NCBI RefSeq assembly: GCF_964213995.1
Contig: NC_135830.1
Location: forward strand, 9,424,001-9,488,000
Source of the DNA: Mustelus asterias
Lineage: Eukaryota
Length of the DNA stretch: 64,000 nt
Direction of reading: 5' to 3'
Part shown: positions 21,931 through 35,102 of the stretch, in pieces
How positions within the stretch are numbered: position 1 is the stretch's first letter
How the letters are laid out: each line of letters starts with the position of its first letter
The notes under the pieces: model-generated
What the model was told of the DNA's origin: nothing
Database searches by the model: none
The model's input: only the letters and a program-made list of their open reading frames with translations
Position numbers and translations under genes: made by a program

Positions 21931-23719
21931 TAAATTCAGCAAAGGTACATCAGCGAGTTTTAAATGCTTTCGGGCGAAATGAGGTCGGGTAAAGCATTTT
22001 AAAAATGGAAGTTCTTTTCACATGTCATCATTTTAAGTGTTAATTTTTGATATGTTGAAACCTCTGAAATTAATGTGAATCAAGGTCACTCCTCTGGCTG
22101 ATGCTTTAACTTGTGTAGTTCAAGTAGATTAAATCGCCAATCAAATTGACTTTCAATGGACCCACAAGCCTGTTCACAGATGCTTCATTTATTATCAGGA
22201 CTTTTCGAACTGATTCTTAAGTTGAATGTATCTTTTATTTTTAATTAAATAGCATCTGGTCTAATTGGTGTTCAAGAAGCTTCGAATCATTTTGAACCAC
22301 CTGTGAATATTCTTAAAATAAATCGCTATTGTGAGTTGAAGCTAATCAATAGGTGGCGGTTTATCTGGTTTTGCTACCATGAACATTTCACTGTAACCAG
22401 TGAGATGTTGATGTAAATAAATACAGAAATAGAAATCCCAGATTAGATTGTTGACTGAAAAAAGAACAAATATTTCGCCATTTGCACTGCACAGAAATAG
22501 AGATAAACATGCAAATCAATCAACGTATTCCTGTAGTTTTTATTTTTTGAGACATTTCTTCTTCGTCACTTATATGTAAAAAATAAGCTATGATCATATC
22601 TACGATCAGAATTAGGAAAAAGTCCCGCTAATTTCGAACTATAATCACACGACAAATATGTATGTCGAGATTTCCTGTGTTTTATCTGTTTCTCTGTGTC
22701 TTCCTCCTGTCTGGTTCTGTGCATTGGCTCTTCACACTGCGCCATTGTCTTCAGTCCAGAATGTGAAGTTAACTTTTAGCCGATGTATCACCTTAACCTT
22801 ATTCATGCGCTTCTAAGTGAATGGATTCTGTTCAATCAATTGAATCCGTAGAGGAAGCTGTGCTTTAAAATGTGCGTTGATCATTTCCTGTATCTGACCC
22901 GGGCTGTGCCAGCCATTTCTATGTTTGAATGGACAGAACATAGGAAGTATAGCTGACTCTAAGCTGCACTGTACCTGTCCTGCGAGGGTTTGCTATTTAC
23001 TGTGTAGAGGGAGATTGTCTCTGGATCTAAACTGTGCTGTAAATGATCTGGGTTTGTTTGACTGGACAGCGCAGAGGGAGATTTACGCTGTACCTCGCAC
23101 CAATGTCAACCTGCGTTGGGAATCTCTGAAGGAAGAGTACAGAGGAAGTTATCCCGAGAGTCTTAAATTCATAGAGATATACAGCACGGAAGCCGACCCT
23201 TCAGCGCAATTCCTCCATGCCGATTAGGTTTCCTCAACTGAACACATCCCATTCGCGTGCATTTGGTCCATATCCCTCTAAACCTTTCTTATCCATGTAC
23301 CTGCCCAAATGTATTTTATATTTTGTAACTGGACCCGACTTTACCATTTCCTCTGGCAGCTCATTCCATATACGCTCTGGTACACACTGAGACATGGACA
23401 ATGCAACAGTTAGGTGGATCACATAATACAAAAATAACAGAGACAGTGCACAGACTGAATAGCCAAATACATAGACTGGCGCAGAATTGACAAAAGCAGG
23501 ATCAAGTTTTTTAGAATCTCATGACCTATTAGAGCACTGACTGTAACCAAACCACATGTCATACAAGCAGGATGTTGTTACAGTTTCCTGCACTTCATAA
23601 ATGTTCCAATGCATCAAGAATTCAGACACGGCCTCTTGCCATATGACCTGATACATGGTTTGGTGCAGTCATAACTATGAACTTAAATAGGGGCTTGGCC
23701 TCATAAAATAATCGATATA

Positions 23720-24008
23720 ATCATAGAATCCCCACAGCGCAGAAGGAGGCCATTTAGCCAATCGAGCTTGCACCGACAACAGACTCAATCCCCGTAACAT
23801 TCACCCTTTTAACAGCCCTGACACTAAGGGACAATTTAGCATGGCCAATCCACATGAAGCCACATTTTTGAACTGTGGGAGGAAACCCACGCAGACACGG
23901 TGAGAATGTGCAAACTCCACAGAGGCAGTGACCCGAGGCTAGAATTGAACCCGGGTCATTGGCGCTGTGAGGCAGCAGTACTGACCACTGAGGCACCGCA
24001 CCGCCCCG
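23720..24008 (-). mobile_element. HE1-like V-SINE
   Basis: Reverse complement of SINE head, core and tail. Confidence 0.85.
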
Positions 24009-24159
24009 GACATGAACAACTGATGTTGAGCCGAGTATAGAAACAATGGAACAGGGCCTGCTGTAATGTGACCAGAGACATGGCCTGGTGTAATATAAAC
24101 AGAGTGTGTGTGGGAGGAGGGGGGTCGGTGTGTATAAGCAGAGATCTGATATATTTACG

Positions 24160-25320
24160 ATTATTGAATGGGATTTTGGTGTCAGTGGTAAAATCCACAT
24201 TTCTTGCCAATTCCTAATTTCACTTGGGAATGGTGGCGAGCCTTCTTCATTTTGTTCCATCCTGAGTAAATATACCCACAGTGATGATCGGAAGGTAGTT
24301 CCAAAATGTTAATCCTATGAAAGTGAAATAAAAATGGTGTAGTTCCCAGTCAAGATGGTGTGTGGGTTTTAGTGGTAACTTGCAGGTAATTGTATTCACA
24401 GGCGTCTGCTGCCCTTGTCCTTTCAAGTGTTAGAGTTGCTGGGTTTGGAAAGTGCTATCGAAGGAATGAGTTGCTGCCATACCAATGGTCTATGATGAAC
24501 ACTGCTAGCATTGTGCATCTATTATGCGGGAGTGAAAGTTTGAAGTGCTGGATGGGTTAACTCATCGAGCCAGCTGCTTTTTGCTGGGTGGTATTGAGCT
24601 TTTTGAGTGTTGCGTCAGGGGCAAGAATCAAGAAAGTAGAGAATATTCAATCACACTCCTGACCTTTGCCTTGTAGATGATGCAGTGTTTGGGAATTCAG
24701 AAGGTGAGTGACTCGCCACACAATTGCCAGCCTCGAACCTGCTCTTTAGCAATATTATTTACATTGCTGCCCAGTTGTTTTCCATCGGTAGTAATTCCAA
24801 GAATGATGATAGTGGGGGTTTGAGCGCTCGTAATGCCATCTAATGTCAAAGGGAGAACGTTGGCATCTCTCTTACCTGAGAGTATAATTGCCAGCCAGTT
24901 GTGTAGCGTGAATGTTGCTTTCCACTTCCCAGCCAAAGCCTGAAGGTTTTCTAAGTCTTTCCGCTTATGGAGACCGACTGCTTCAGCATCTGAGGAGTCG
25001 CAAATGTGCAATGTTTGTGGAATGATTAGTGAGCATTGCACGTCTGACCTTGCGATTAAGGCTGAACATTAGGCCGAGGATACTATACTGAGGAGTTCCT
25101 TCAGCAATGCCCTGCGACTGAGATGGTTGGTTTTCAAAAACAACAACCATCTTCCTCAGTGTTTGGTATGATTCCAACCAGTGGAATGTTTTCCTCCGGA
25201 TCCCCATAAACTGCTGTTTTGCTCGAACGTTTTGATGTCATAATCGGTCAAGTGCTTTGATGATGTCAAGGGCAGGCATCCTCGCCTCACCTCATTAAAT
25301 CAACGACTTTCACGATATTT
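24160..25320 (-). mobile_element. Old LINE RT and 3' remnant (present in both duplication copies)
   Basis: WLESYQTLRKMVVV..GTPQYSILG (RT 'GVPQGS.LG' motif). The paralog is at about 39960-41000. Confidence 0.7.
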
Positions 25321-25329
25321 GGACTAACT

Positions 25330-26960
25330 TTCTAGATTTAGAGATTTTAGAGGTTTATGGCATGGAAGCAGGCCCTTCGGCCCAACTTGTCCATGCCGCC
25401 TTTTTTTTAAACCCCTAGGCTAGTCCCAATTGCACGCATTTGGCCCATAGCCCTCAATACCCATCTTACCCACGTAACTGTCTAAATGCTTTTTAAAAGA
25501 CAAAATTGCACCCGCCTCTACTATTACCTCTATCAGCTTGTTCCAGACACTCACCACCCTCTGTGTGAAAAACAAATGCCCCTCTGGACACCTTTGTATC
25601 TCTCCCCTCTCACTTTAACCCATGCCCTCTAGTTTTAGACACCCCCACATCTGGCAAAAAATAGTGACTATCTAGCTGATCTATGCCACTCATTATTTTA
25701 TGGACGTCAATAAGATGACCCCTAAGCCTCGCACGCTCCAGAGAAAAAAGTCACAGTCTATCCAGCCTCTCTTTATAGCACAAAGCATCAAGTCCTGGTA
25801 GCATCCCAGCAAATCTTTTCTGCACTGTTTCTATTTTAATAATAGTCTTTCCAAAATAGGGTGACCAGAACTGCACACAGTGTTCCTAGTGTGGCCTTAC
25901 TAATATCTTGTACAACTTCAACAAGCCGTCCCAACTACTGTATTCAATGTTCTGACCAATGAAACCGAGCATGCTGAATACCTTCTTCACCACTCTGTCC
26001 ACCTGTGACTCCACTTTCAAGGAGCTTTGATCTCTTTGTGCTGCAACTCTCCCCAACGCCCTACCATTAACTGAATGAATCCTGCCCTGGTTCAATCTAC
26101 GAAAATGCATCACCTCACATTTAGCTAAATTAAATTCCATCTGCCATTCGTCAACCCATTCGCCAAATTAATCAAGATCCTGTTGCAATTCTTCACTGTC
26201 CACTATGATACCAATCTTGGTGTCACTTGCAAACTTACTAACCATGCCTCCTATAATGTCATGCTAATCATTAACACAAATGACAAATAACAGTGGACCC
26301 GGCGCTGATCCTTGAGGTACACCGCTGGTCATAGCCCTCCAGTTTGAAAAGCAAGCCTCTACAACCACTCTCCAGCTCCTGTCATCAAGCCAATTTTTTA
26401 ATCCATTTAGCTACCTCACCCTGGATCCCGTGAGATTTATGCAACAACCTACCATGCGGCACTTTGTCAAAGGCCTTGCTAAAGTCCATGTAGACAACAT
26501 CAACTCCATTGCCCTCGTTTACCTCCTTGGTACCCCTTCAGAAAAATTCAATCAAATTTGTGAGACATGATTTTCCACTCATCAGTCGTTGCATCTCTAA
26601 GTGCGTGTAGATCCTGTCTCTCAAAATATCTTCCAACAACTTACACACCACAGATGTGAGGCTCACTGCCCTATAGTTCCCAGCCTTTTTCCTGCAGCCC
26701 TTTGTAAACAAAGGTACAACATTTGCCACTCTCCAATCTTCAGGCACCTCGCCTGTGACTATCGATAATACAAATATCTCTGCTAGGGGACCCGCAATTT
26801 CCTCCCTAGTCTCCCATAATGCCCTGGGATACACTTCATCAGGTCCCGGGGATTTATCTATCTTGATGCGCTTTAAGACTTCCAGCACCTCCTTCTCTGT
26901 AATATGTATACACCTCAAAACATCACTATTTATTTCCCCAACTTCCCTTACATCCATGCT
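25330..26960 (-). mobile_element. CR1 LINE ORF2 fragment (RT and 3' end)
   Basis: KSPGPDEVYPRALWE..VPEDWRVANVVPLF..NYRAVSLTSVVCKLLE..KSCLTNLIEFF; MEFNLAKCEVMHF. Confidence 0.92.
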
Positions 26961-27446
26961 TCGTTTCAACTTAAATTATTTCTGGAACCAATATGCTCCT
27001 GGTGGGACCAAAACGGAGGATCATTGAGCAGATTGTTGCTGAGTGAAAACTAATTGATTGGATGATTCTTGACACTTTCCATCATGTTGATCGAGTGGGG
27101 GCTCATGCAGCGGTATTTGGCTGGGTTGGATTTGTTCTGCCTTTTGCGACAGGGCATGTCTGTCAATTTTTCACACTGTTGGCTATATAACAGTGTTGCA
27201 GCTGTTGTTGAACAGTTTGGCTGGGGGGCAGCTAGTTCCAGTGCACAAATCGTCATTATTGCAGAAATATTGTCAGTGCCTCTAATCTTTGCAGCATCCA
27301 GTGCATTCAGCATGGAGTTAGATCGCAGAACAGCTAGGATCTTATTGAATGGCGGAGAAGGCTCGAGGTGTTGATTGACCTACTCCTGTTTTTATGTTGC
27401 TATGTTATCATGTAATGTGAATTGAACTGCTTGGAGACTGGTATAT

Positions 27447-27800
27447 GGGCGGCACTGTAGCACAGTGGTTAGCACTGCTGCTTCACAGCTCCAGGGACCT
27501 GGGTTCGATTCCCGGCTTGGGTCACTGTCTGTGTGGAGTTTGCACATTCTCCTCGTGTCTGCGTGGGTTTCCTCTGGGTGCTCCGGGTTCCTCCCACAGT
27601 CCAAAGATGTGCGGGTTAGGTTGATTGGCCGCGCTTAAAAATTGCCCCTTAGAGTCCTGAGATGCGTAGGTTAGAGGGATTAGCGGGTAAATATGTAGGG
27701 ATATGGGGGTAGGGCCTGGGTGGGATTGTGGTCGGTGCAGACTCGATGGGCCGAATGGCCTCCTTCTGCATTGTAGGGTTTCTATGTAGGGTTTCTATGA
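27447..27800 (+). mobile_element. HE1-like V-SINE (young, full length)
   Basis: gggcggcactgtagcacagtggttagcact... with a (gtagggtttctat)x2 tail. Confidence 0.92.
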
Positions 27801-28331
27801 TATGTGATGCTAGGGACTTCTGGGGCAGGCCAAGATGGATCATCCTCTCAGCACTTCAGGCTGAAGATGGGAGCAAATGTTTCATTCTTGCTTTTTTGCA
27901 TTAACTTCATGGGTTCCGCGTCATTAAAAATTGGGTTTTTATTTCAGGCTTCTGCTCGGGTTATTTGTTTAAATGTCCACCACCATTTAGGGCGGCATGT
28001 GGCGAAACTGAAAATTTCGATCCTGCTGGAAAAAATCGGATCAGAGTGATTATTTGATGCAAACATTGACGTGTACTTTTGCAATATTAATTTAAATAGG
28101 GTGTCGTGTAATATAATCAGAGGCAGAGCCTATTTTAACATAAATACATATGGAGCACAATTCAAAATGAACAGACCCGGGGCCCAGTATTATATTTATT
28201 GAGGCTGTGCCTGCTTCATGTAATTCAAACCATCAAGCTTTCAATTCCATCTGCGTGCCAAACCCTGTAATTGCAGCTACTGTGAATATATGGCTGTCAG
28301 GTTTGATCTTTGATATTAATGTATTTAGAAT

Positions 28332-28750
28332 GCATCTTCACGACACACGACAGTGCAGAGTCGCTGAGCAGAAACTGATAGCCAAGTTCCGCACACATGA
28401 GGATGGCCTAAACCGGGATGTTGGATTTATGTCACATTATCAGTCGCCCCCACAGCTTTCCCCCTGATCTTGCAGAATCTTACTAGCTGTTCTGTCTGGA
28501 GACAATACACATCTCTTTAACCTGTGTTTAATGTTCCCTCCACCCACATTATCTGTACCTTTAAGACCTGGCTGGCTGTAGGGATTTGCATTCCAATTAG
28601 TATTCTGTAACTTGATTTCTGTGTCTCTGTGCACTGTTGGAGAACAGATATCCACTCCATCTGATGAAGGGGCAGCGCTCCGAAAGCTTATCGTATTTGC
28701 CACCAAATAAACCTGTTGGAATTTAACCTGGTGTTGTGAGACTTCTTACG
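28332..28750 (+). mobile_element. Penelope-like 3' fragment with hammerhead motif
   Basis: LHDTRQCRVAEQKLIAKFRTHEDGLNRDVGFMSHY; CTGATGAAGGGGCAGCGCTCCGAAAGCTT at 28661-28689. Confidence 0.88.
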
Positions 28751-28764
28751 ATACTGTTGAAGAC

Positions 28765-30110
28765 AGTATAAGGATTTTGATAGATTGTGTGAATGGGCAA
28801 AGTTTTGGCAAATAGATTTTAACAAAGACAAGTGTGAATTTAGCCATCTCGGATCAAAAAGGAAGATCAAGATATTTTCAGAAGGCACAAAGTTAAATAT
28901 AGTGGATGTCCAACGAGATTTGGGGGTTGATAGCTGCTTAAAATGTCACGAGCAGCTGCCGAAAATAGTCCAGTTTGTCAACTGAATGCTGGCTTTCATG
29001 CCTAAAAGACCGGAGTTTAGGGATACAGATGTTGCGCTGCAGATTTGCAAAAACCTCGATAGACCCCACTTGGAGTACTGTGAGCAGACATGGGCACCAT
29101 ATGGAAGGATGTTGTCGCTCTGGAGGGGGTTCAACGCAGGTTTTACAAGAATGGCAGCTGGATAACAGGGGTAACGCTATGAGGAGAGATGAGACAAATT
29201 AGGCCGTTATTCTCCCGCATTCAGAAGGTTAAGTGGATCTCTGATAGATGCCCAAAAAATATTTACATTGAAGGACAAGGTGAATAAGGATAAAGTGTTT
29301 CCACCAGTTGAAGGCTCTAGAACAAAGGGTCGTGTTCTGAGAATTAGTGCCAAGCCGTTCAGGAGCGACTTTATGGAACTCTTCTATACGCAGAGTGGCA
29401 GAGATTTGGATCTCTCTTCCGCAAATGGCGCTGGATGCTGGTTCAATTGTTAGGTTTACATCTGAGATCGGCAATAATTTATAGAGCAGAGGTAGCAAGG
29501 ATTATGGGTCTCGGGCAGGTACATGGAGTTAGGCCACAGATCAGGACGATATATTTCCAAGTCAGATCCATGAATGACTTGGAGGGGAATTTCTAGGTGG
29601 TGCCCCAGGGTCCTCTTCCGCTTGTGCCTCCAGATTGGAACTGTCGTGTGTTTGGAAAGTGCAACCAAAGGAGACTTGGCAAGTTCTTGAAATGAATCTT
29701 GCATATGGCACACAATGCTGCTATTGTTCGTCTCTGGGACAGGGCGTGTATGTTTGCAAATTCTGTGCCAGCCAAGCTGGCTGCTTTCTCCTGAATTGTG
29801 TAAAGCTTCTTGAATGTTGCCTCAGGTGCACACATTCAAGCAAGTGGAGTGAACCCCATTACACTACTGACTTGAGCCTTATAGATGTCGAAGAGGCTTG
29901 GGGAGTCAGGGGGTGAGTTACTCACACCAGGATGATTTGATATTCCAGCCGGAGCCTTTGCATTTCTTGTTCATTCAATGATTAGCCAATGGTAACGCCG
30001 AGGAAGTTTTTAGTGGGTATTTCAGCTATCACAATATGATTGAGTACCAAGGGGCGATGGGGAGATTTCTTCCTTTTGGAGATGGTCGTTGCCTGAGGCG
30101 AATATTACCA
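28765..30110. mobile_element. Decayed CR1 3' end (+, to about 29545) followed by an old LINE remnant (-)
   Basis: EWAKFWQIDFNKDKCEFSHLG..; reverse-strand TFKKLYTIQEKAASL. Confidence 0.7.
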
Positions 30111-30309
30111 ACAATTATCAATTCACAAAGATAGATAATTATATTCACAACGTACTATTAATTCAAAAAGATTAAAAAGCAATTTTCACTAATCATTATC
30201 AATTCACAAAGTTAAATAATTATTGTAAATTATCACCAATTCACAATGATACAAACAATTTCACCAATTATTTGCAGCATTTTATTTGATACAAAATATA
30301 ATTTCAATT

Positions 30310-31280
30310 CATTTAGAGTTATAGAGTCATCGAGGTTTACAACATAGAAATAGGCCTTTCGCCACAACTTGCCCATGCGCTCAGATTTTACCACGAAGCC
30401 GGTCCCAATTGCCCGCATTTGGCCCCTATCCCTCTATACTCATCTTAAACATGCAAAAGTTTGATGCTTTTTGAAATATCAAATTGTACCCGCCTCTACT
30501 AATGCCCTAGCTGCTCGTTCCGGACAGTCACCAGAATTGCCCCTCTGGACACTTTTGTATTTCTCCCCTCTCACCTTAAACATATGCCCTCTAGTTTTAG
30601 ACTCCCCTACCTTTGGGAAATGACGTTGACTACCTGCCTTAGCCATGCCCCTCATTATTTTATAGACCTCTATATGATCACCCCTTAGCCTCAGACGCTC
30701 CAGGGGAAAAAGGGTGCTGGTGATCTAGTCTCTCGTTCTAATTCAACCATTAAGTCAATGTAGCATCCGAGTAAAAACATTTACTGCACTATTTCTGGTT
30801 TAATAATATCATTTCTATAATAGGCTGACCAGAACTGTACACTGTATTCCAAGTGTGGCCTTACTAATGTCTTGTACAACTTCAACAAGAGGTCCCAACT
30901 CCTGTATTTAATGTTCTGACCAATGACACCAAGCATTTTGCACGACCTTGTCTATTTGTGACTCCACTTTCAAGGAGCTATAAATCTGTACTCCTAGATC
31001 TATTTGTTCTATAACTCTCCCCAACGCCTGAACATTAACTGAGTAGGTCCGGCCCCGAATCGAGCTACCAAAATGCATCACCTCATATTTTTCTAAATGA
31101 AACTCCACCTGCCATTCATCGGCCCACTGGCCCAATTGATCAAGACCCGGTTGCAATCCGAGATAACCTTCTTTACTGTCCACTAAGCCACCATACTTGG
31201 TGTCAGCGACAAACCTACTAATCGTGCCCCATAAATGCTCACCCAAACCATGAATATAAATAACAAATAACAGTGGACCA
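30310..31280 (-). mobile_element. CR1 LINE 3' fragment
   Basis: GPLLFVIYI..ISRFVADTK (decayed FADD) ..WADEWQVEFHLEKYEVMHFG. Confidence 0.88.
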
Positions 31281-34029
31281 TGCACCTTTTGATATAATTA
31301 ATTGAGATTCAAACTTATTGGGACCACATTGGCCTTTCTGTGAATCAAATCTGTTCCAGAATTCAATGGGAAAATAAATTAATTCAGACCGAGGATAATG
31401 ACCAGCTACCCAGCAGCCTCTGCACTTCATTGAAAAGTGATCACCTCATCATCACACAGAAACTCACGATATATAACTGGGGCGTCCGATCCGTTTTTTA
31501 AAGCGACTGTATAACTGAAACTGTCTCTACCTATGTGGAGTTTTGGAATCTTAAAATCCCGATTTTTTGTTACATTGTTTTGGAACGCAATTGAAAAATT
31601 GCATCTGTCCAGTAACTTTCGCTATGTTCCTGTTCCATATTATTAAGTTTTTAGCCTGTTACTTCCCCAATATGATTGATGATAAGCTGAGTGATTTGTT
31701 GCATATGAAAGGGCCACATGTTCCAAATATTACAATCCTCCCACCTCAACCTAATTATGTTCCCTCTTTCTATCTTGGATATGAAGATATGAAGACAATC
31801 AGCAGAGGAAATACATAAACATGAGTGCCGCAGGAATATCTCCAGACTCCTCTCAAAGAGGTTCATCTCGTTTGTTCCCGTTAGCCCGGGGGTGAAATTC
31901 ACCCAGAAAAGCTGGAAGGACTGAAGGTTATCGACTGACACAAATGAAATACAAAATCTGCATCAATTTCTGAAGTAGTCAAGCACAAATATGAGCGTCT
32001 AGAACAGCAAAATTCAAAAATCATCGATCGTTACATCCATCATTCCATTCACTGGTTCCTCAAACAAAATAATCAGGCATCCAAATATCATTCATTCCTG
32101 CATCAACACAACCATTTGTTTATTTTAGGAAAGATGATGGTGCAATATTAATGCAAGACGCCCAGGCTGATGCTATGGGGACACGAGTTAAATCTGACCG
32201 TGGCAGCTGGTTTAATTTGAATTCAATTAATACATTTGGAATACATAAGAATGGTGATCATGGAAACCTCTCTGATTCACCAATTAAGGAAATCTGCCAT
32301 GCCACCTGTTCTCACCAGGATGTTTCTCCAGACTGACAGAAATGTGGCAGACTCGTCAATGCCTTCTGAAACGGCCTAGAAAACCAATCATTTCAAGGGA
32401 ATTGGGGAGAGGAAACAAATGCTGGTGTTGCAAGACTTTCCACAGCCCATGGAAGATGAAAGGGAAAGAAAATACAAACATACATAATTATGTATGCAAC
32501 ATGTAATCTCCCTCTGAGTCAACTATCACAGTCTGCCTGTATTTATTTCTGTCTGTCCATCGCAATGTTCAGATCTGTTGGATAGCTCATCTTTGGTACC
32601 AGTATCGTGTCAGAGAAGCTGGATAACTTTCCTTTCTTGAGAGATGAGAATAATTCATATAGGTTTACAACGTCGGAAAATTTAATTGTCTGCAGTACCA
32701 TTGCAGGCTATATTTGTTTATAAAGAGTCCTCATTGAAAATCCGAAGAGTTTGAAGTTGGCTTAAGTACTGAGTTAAAACATCTTTGATTTACTGAACAA
32801 CACCCCAAGATGCTTCCTGTAAACAACTTTGGGCATTTGGCAGCAGGCTGGATTGCTGCCAAATACTGTGTGGAACAGATTAGCGCGAATCTGAATGGAC
32901 AAAATAGGATTCAGCCATTTAAACAATAAATGTTTCATTCTCATCTCAACCATCTCAACAAATGTTTTAAATAAATGTCATGTTCATTCTGTGATTAAAT
33001 ACTATCGGAAAATATAAATTGGCAAGATGATTTTTTATTTGTACAACTTCCAAGTAAATGTCATTCCAATAATTAAAGCCTGGATAAAAGCAAATTACTG
33101 CGGATGCTGGCATCTGAAACCAAAGGACAATGCTGGAAAATCTCAGTAGGTCTGGCAACATCTGTCAGGAGATAAAGGAGCTGATGTTTTGAGTCCAGAT
33201 GGCCCGTTGTCAAAGCAATTAAAGCCTTTTTGCAAACAACTTCATGAAAATGCGAGGGAGAAATGTTGGTGGTCCCAAATCCCCAGCCTAATGAGATCAG
33301 TGTGGTGGCAAAAAAGGAATAGAAATAAAATTAAAACCATAAAACTGCCTTGAACAGCGGGGATTCCTGGGATATTCTCAGAGTTCTGCACATCATTTCA
33401 ATGGCAGCGTCTCTTGTACCTGTTTAACACTGGGTACTGTTCTACAGTGCAATGTGATTTGAACATCGCTCTCATAGCTGCTCTCATCGCTCTCATAGCT
33501 GCCAATGAGTGGAGAAATGACAAGTTCAGAACGTGATTCAATGGAAGACAAAACACTTATTCGCATGATATTGGGCAATATGCCACAAAGCGCTGATATC
33601 TTTTGTTCCGAATACCAGTGAATGTTAGACAGCCAGTGGCCAATTAAATGAGCTGCAATGATTTGGATGCTGAAGGAGAACTTTACGGATCGCTGTGTCC
33701 GTTCCGATTCATTAACGTCTCTGTCAAAAGTCGATTTCAATTTTATGTTTCCCTGTCAACTCACTATATAATTATAAGTCAACTGGCTTTATTTCACCAC
33801 TAATTTCCACAGGGTTAAGTGGCTGTTCGAGAAATATAAGGAGAAAAATTATATAATAAAAGGAGTTTCTTCTTATATCCAATCCCAAATTGCAGCGATA
33901 GTCATCGGCACTGCAAATAGCAGCACTTTCTTTCATCCGCACATCTAGTCATATGAATCTATAATTTATCTGATAAATTATGTTTTGTTTGTGTAATGTG
34001 TTAGAGACACGGAATTGTTGCAAATCAAA

Positions 34030-34345
34030 GAATAAAGAACAGTGCAGCAATAGAACAGGCCTTTCGGCCCTCCAACCCTGCGCTGATCGCGTTGCCCTAT
34101 CTCGACCAGCCGCCTGTATCCCTCTATTCCCCGTATGTTCATATGTCTAATCCAGATAAGTATTCAATATCGCTAAAGTGTCTGCCTCAACCACATCACT
34201 TGGCAGTTCATTCCAGGCCCCCACCACTATCTGCGAAAGAAAACTTCCCCCGCACAGCTCCACTGAACCTTTCCCCCCTTAGCTTGAACTTGTGCCCCCT
34301 TGTTAATTGTCATTTCTGCCCTGGGAAAAAGCTTCCAACTGTTTC
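34030..34345 (-). mobile_element. CR1 LINE 3' end
   Basis: aaagaataaagaacagtgcagc..aggcctttcggccctcc tail in reverse orientation. Confidence 0.8.
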
Positions 34346-34601
34346 AACTGATGTATTTTCCCTGATAAGATAATTTAATCTTGTTTATGTCAATTCATTT
34401 GTCAAATGCTTCAGAAATAAAGAGTCTTAATTTCGAATGTTTTTTTTTTCACTAACAGATGCTCAAATGCAATTTCGCATTTAGGTTCAGCAGAGAGATT
34501 ACAATGGATCTCACGTTACTGTCGCAGTGTTGGTCTGCAATGTTTCAGAGACTGTAATCATTTCACCAGGATTAATCCTCGGGGTTTTGATATAATCCCA
34601 G

Positions 34602-35021
34602 TTGCCAGACGGAGTCGTGTTGACTCAGCCAAAGGCAGCGACAGGGTGTCCCGGAAACTCCCTGAGACTGATTTAAATAATCGGCGGGTTCACTGTTGGC
34701 AGCAATTCGATGGCCTGAGTCTGACAGGTTATTGGGAAGGGTCTAGAGTGTCTTCTTCAGCACGGTAGTCCTGGATCATCCTCCAACACATATCCCCCAG
34801 GGATTCCGAATTAATTTATTAATAAGTTTTTAATATTTATTTATTGAATAGTCACAAGTCAGGCTTACAGTAACACTGCAATGAAACTACTGTGAAATTC
34901 CCCTTAATTAATTTTATCCGCCCAAAGACACTTCAAACAAAACCTTGGCTTTGGAAATGAAGAGCCTGAAGATCAAGGATTCCCAAGTTTACCCCATCTG
35001 TCCTACATTTGATTCCATTTC
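34602..35021 (+). pseudogene. IGHV: Immunoglobulin heavy-chain V (IgM-type) pseudogene
   Basis: After removing a 97-bp insertion, one frame from 34611 reads GVVLTQPKAATGCPGNSLRLI*IIGGFTVGSNSMA*V*QVIGKGLECLLQHGSPGSSSNTYPPGIPN*FYPPKDTSNKTLALEMKSLKIKDSQVY. This is colinear with the shark IgM VH pattern VVLTQPEAETGxPGGSLRLTC..GF......WVRQVPGQGLEW...YAP.I..RFTASKDTSNNIFALEMKSLKxEDTAIYYC. Four stops; no leader found. Confidence 0.88.
34818..34905 (-). mobile_element. 5'-truncated SINE/LINE tail inserted in the IGHV, TSD AATTAATTT
   Basis: gtcacaagtcaggcttacagtaacactgcaatgaaactactgtgaaattcccc matches the SINE tail at about 61268-61320. TSD at 34809-34817 / 34906-34914. Confidence 0.85.
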
Positions 35022-35060
35022 CACAGCGATGAAAATGTCTTTTAGCCGAAAAAGACATCC
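35022..35060 (+). other. Degenerate 23-type RSS of the IGHV pseudogene
   Basis: CACAGCG (35022-35028), 23 nt, AAGACATCC (5/9 match to ACAAAAACC). Confidence 0.55.
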
Positions 35061-35102
35061 ACTTGTATCAAACCTGCTCCAGAAAGTCAAACAATGATAA
35101 AG

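Larger units (their letters stand above)
20265..32940 (+). repeat. Segmental duplication copy A (paralog of about 35040-42420)
   Basis: Colinear diverged blocks: 20315-20590~35080-35350, 21100-22080~35440-35650, 22100-23160~36060-37160, 23380-25320~39490-41000, 26970-28000~41030-41620, 32200-32940~41670-42420. Confidence 0.85.
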
